A DNA stretch of 6,311 nucleotides, taken from a virus. The first letter of the stretch is position 1; each line of letters begins with the position of its first letter. The notes beneath the pieces are model-generated. The model searched no databases, had not been told where the DNA came from, and saw only the letters and a list, made by a program, of their open reading frames with translations. The stretch is from the IMG/VR virus record IMGVR_UViG_3300020040_000015, positions 1-6,311 of that record; one strand, written 5' to 3'. This document shows, piece after piece, positions 3,945 to 6,311 of this stretch. Made by a program: the position numbers and the translations under genes.

Positions 3945-5687
3945 TTAATAAGGTAAACCATTACGATCCAAATTCTGCACAGCATACACTTGGAAATTAA
4001 CATTACACAGTAATTGATCGAATGCAACAGAACAATTGGCAGAATCGATCTGAGGAACAAATATAGAGTTTAACTGTTGAGGACGAACCTTCATGGACTG
4101 ATAAGACCAAGCACCAGCGGAAGTAAGAACTTGCCAACCATCAAGAGGAGCAGCCCAAGACTGATAAGCAGCACCAGCACGGAATCCAGCGTGGACAGTA
4201 TCAATATTAGATTTCCACTGCCAGTAGCGTAGATTATAACCTAAAGCACCAGAAACATTACGGCCAGGATTATTTTGAAGATTAAGAGCAGGAACAGACT
4301 GCATACCAAGCTGGTCAAACGCAGGCTGGGGGAAGTCAGAAATAGCAGTCACAGTCAGCTGAGGAGCCTGTCCTGTCAAATTCCAATCCAACATAGGTAC
4401 AGCATGGTAAACACACATAATTATCTGATGTTCAGCACCACAATCATAAGTAAGAGTATGGCCAGAGTTACTAGAGATACCTTTACCAGCAATAGATGCC
4501 TGAGAAGTATCAGTATCGAGATTAGTATTAACAACCTCATTGATATTGATTACACTAGACCAACCTCCGATATAATGTGCATGATTGCCCATATATTCGG
4601 GAGCCTTAATACCAAACTGAGCAGCCATCTGATCTGAATAATCCTTGCTAGAAAATTGAACTACTTCCTTCCAACGTTGAAGATATTCGGTGGCACGGAT
4701 TGAGAGGGCAGAGAGGTCAGTATTGACGCGAAGCAGTCTATCAGAACTAGTAGAGTTAGCTGAAGTTGTTTGCACAGTATTACCGCCAGAAAGATTACGA
4801 ACAGATGAATTACTAATACCATCAGTAGCACGAGCAAGAATAACATTAGACGCAACAGTTTTATCAAGAGGTTGGAGGAATGCTACTGAACCATACTGAG
4901 AAGAGGGTAACATACCCATGAAATAATCCTTAGGATAATTGGCGTAGCGCAACTGAACCATATCCGTAACCAATCCAATATTACCAGTACCAGACCAATA
5001 GTCTACATTATAAGCATAAGCTTTATGTTTCTCCCATTGACTATTGCTGAAAAAGTCATAATAAATCTTCTGATACGCAAGGAATGGAAGAGCATTAACT
5101 GTCTGTGAAACCTGATAAACCAAGGGGTTGGCAGCGTCACCAAGATTATCAACGCCTAGATATTTCTTAGTAATAGCAGCCTTACCTGTATTAGAACTAG
5201 AAATCATAGAGCCATAACCAAGCAAATCAAGCAACTTACAGGAACCGTAGACAATAGGGAGGCCAGCATCATCACGGGTATTAGTCTGGTCACCAGCATT
5301 AGCTGTCTGAAGAAATAGACTAATAATCTGTTGGGAAACATTAGGTACAGAAGTAAGCGCAGAGGTATTCGCAGTAGAACTAGCAGCACTAGTCATATAA
5401 TCCGTCATCTGAGTAAATGCCTGCGGAAGCGCACGGGAAATCAGACGCAACGGCACAGCATAGAAATCATAATACTCCTTAATACGAGTATAAGCGGCTG
5501 TATTTACCGGAACAGTACGCGTAAACCAGTCAGAAGAAATACGATACTTAGTATCGGGAATAGCAATCTGCCAATAACAAGGAAGGATCTCACCAACCTT
5601 GGCTGTAAACAATTTTTTCGAACTTAAATCGAAAGAAGACCGATGGGTAGAAATTTTAACTCGGTCTAAAGGATTAAAATCACTCAT
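3945..5687 (-). CDS. VP1: Major capsid protein (Microviridae VP1 / protein F family).
   Basis: This is a 580-aa ORF with an ATG at 5687..5685 and a TAA at 3945-3947. Its N-terminus (SSFDLSSKKLFTAKVGEILPCYWQIAIPDTKYRISSDWFTRTVPVNTAAYTRIKEYYDFYAVPLRLI) follows the characteristic F/VP1 pattern. That pattern is FDLS...G.L.P, then a short hydrophobic stretch, then PGD/PDT, then a Y/F-F-VP-R-L block. It is the largest ORF, as expected for a microvirus. Confidence 0.95.
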   Translation of the reverse strand: MSDFNPLDRVKISTHRSSFDLSSKKLFTAKVGEILPCYWQIAIPDTKYRISSDWFTRTVPVNTAAYTRIKEYYDFYAVPLRLISRALPQAFTQMTDYMTSAASSTANTSALTSVPNVSQQIISLFLQTANAGDQTNTRDDAGLPIVYGSCKLLDLLGYGSMISSSNTGKAAITKKYLGVDNLGDAANPLVYQVSQTVNALPFLAYQKIYYDFFSNSQWEKHKAYAYNVDYWSGTGNIGLVTDMVQLRYANYPKDYFMGMLPSSQYGSVAFLQPLDKTVASNVILARATDGISNSSVRNLSGGNTVQTTSANSTSSDRLLRVNTDLSALSIRATEYLQRWKEVVQFSSKDYSDQMAAQFGIKAPEYMGNHAHYIGGWSSVININEVVNTNLDTDTSQASIAGKGISSNSGHTLTYDCGAEHQIIMCVYHAVPMLDWNLTGQAPQLTVTAISDFPQPAFDQLGMQSVPALNLQNNPGRNVSGALGYNLRYWQWKSNIDTVHAGFRAGAAYQSWAAPLDGWQVLTSAGAWSYQSMKVRPQQLNSIFVPQIDSANCSVAFDQLLCNVNFQVYAVQNLDRNGLPY

Positions 5688-5705
5688 AATTAATTAATAT
5701 TTAAA

Positions 5706-6311
5706 TTAAACCATACGGTTGAAAACACCATTAGCGTCATTAAGCTTTTTATGCTTAATCATATCACGACAGTATGTCGCACTACGGTGCCGGAGTTGTT
5801 CAAGGAGTTGAGACGTTTCACTTAAAACATTCTGCAAGACATCAATTTCCTGCCCGTTCTGAGGCAACACAAACATACAATCTGATATTTCTGGGTTAGC
5901 GGATCGTATGTTGAATGCATCTCGTAGACTTTCATAATCCTTTTTCTTCTCATATTCTATACCTTTTCTAAGAATAAATAAAATACGATTGGTGTAAGAA
6001 CTAAGATCGCAACCGAAGTCAGGCAAATGCCAATTACGGAAGAACTTATAGACATATAAGAACAAACGGTATAACCGGTCAACATAACGTTCAATATCAA
6101 CATCACTAGAACAGTTAACAAACCTAGTAAGACACCGAGAAGTATGTAATATAATTTTGTCATCATCAGTAAGAATAGAATTAGCTTTAAGATATTGATA
6201 ATAAGTACGAACAAGGCTCAAGACTGAATCCTGTCCATAGTCAATGAATCCATATTTTGCAATTCTTTTTGGCGTTGAGTGTACAGCGCGAAGAACTCGA
6301 GCAATCGCAAT
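5706..6311 (-). CDS. VP4: Replication initiation protein, C-terminal part. The unique portion is 5706..6236 (176 aa plus stop), and 6237..6311 repeats codons already counted in 1..75.
   Basis: The frame is open from the window edge (6311) down to the TAA at 5706-5708. The offsets 6311-6236=75 and 6236-6221=15 are both multiples of 3, so it is in phase with the 1..1149 ORF. The track's 171-aa ORF starts at an internal TTG (6221) and is a truncation. The junction reads ...KYGFIDY|GQDSVLSLVRTYYQYLK.... Confidence 0.85.
   Translation of the reverse strand: MAIARVLRAVHSTPKRIAKYGFIDYGQDSVLSLVRTYYQYLKANSILTDDDKIILHTSRCLTRFVNCSSDVDIERYVDRLYRLFLYVYKFFRNWHLPDFGCDLSSYTNRILFILRKGIEYEKKKDYESLRDAFNIRSANPEISDCMFVLPQNGQEIDVLQNVLSETSQLLEQLRHRSATYCRDMIKHKKLNDANGVFNRMV
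6237..6311. repeat. Terminal redundancy, copy 2 of 2. It duplicates 1-75, so the unique genome is 1..6236.
   Basis: This is the same 75-nt string as 1-75. It lies inside the rep reading frame, so it is not a biological terminal repeat. Confidence 0.95.

Noticed and set aside
631-5627. Plus-strand ORFs in the track: 631-876, 904-1131, 2339-2566, 3538-3813, 4275-4637, 4690-4899 and 5331-5627.
   Set aside because: All of them lie antisense within strongly supported minus-strand genes (rep, pilot, scaffold-like, capsid). Their composition is not protein-like, being rich in Arg/Ser/Ile/Asn low complexity. Microviridae transcribe a single strand, so these are treated as shadow ORFs.
5688-5705. ATATTAAT in the 18-nt rep-capsid spacer (minus strand TTTAAATATTAATTAATT), which shares an 8-mer with the phiX174 origin core (GATATTAATAAC).
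   Set aside because: It is a pure A/T octamer in an AT-rich spacer. The flanking CAACTTG nick context is absent, and the origin sequence of non-bullavirus microviruses is not established. The match is too weak to call an ori.
5957-6214. An 85-aa, very hydrophobic alternate-frame ORF embedded in the rep tail, considered as a phiX174 E-like overprinted lysis gene.
   Set aside because: Every same-strand alternate-frame ORF in this genome is similarly Leu/Val/Ile-rich (600-860, 3256-3438, 4661-4867, 5204-5389). This is the expected off-frame artefact of the codon composition rather than a specific signal. The genome also already has a dedicated peptidase module. Only comparative dual-coding analysis could revive the idea.

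Overview
The window appears to be one complete, circularly permuted Microviridae (small ssDNA phage) genome. Bases 1-75 are identical to 6237-6311, so the unit length is 6236 nt, and every credible gene is on the minus strand. Descending in coordinate, the genes are as follows. An HUH replication initiator (VP4-like) starts at 1149, runs off the left edge and resumes in frame at 6236, ending at 5706 (559 aa in total). The ORF track misses its 383-codon N-terminal part. Next come the major capsid protein (5687..3945), a 147-150 aa scaffold-like protein (3933/3942..3490), and a Gly/Ala-rich pilot or minor capsid protein (3493..2378). A 650-nt sparsely coding region follows. It holds an untracked 55-aa ORF, two TAtaTTTG Bacteroidota-type -7 boxes, and a roughly 270-nt GC-rich, hairpin-dense island. 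A three-gene accessory block then precedes rep: a 64-aa orphan, a 27-aa Gly/Ala/Ser-rich membrane peptide, and a 102-aa M15-type zinc peptidase joined to that peptide by an ATGA overlap. The two most interesting items are this holin/SAR-like peptide plus peptidase module, which is unusual for a microvirus, and the unexplained structured GC-rich island. Genome size, the long Rep and the promoter motifs point to a gut Bacteroidota-associated, Alpavirinae-like lineage, but that is inference. No tRNA, rRNA, CRISPR array or transposase was seen.
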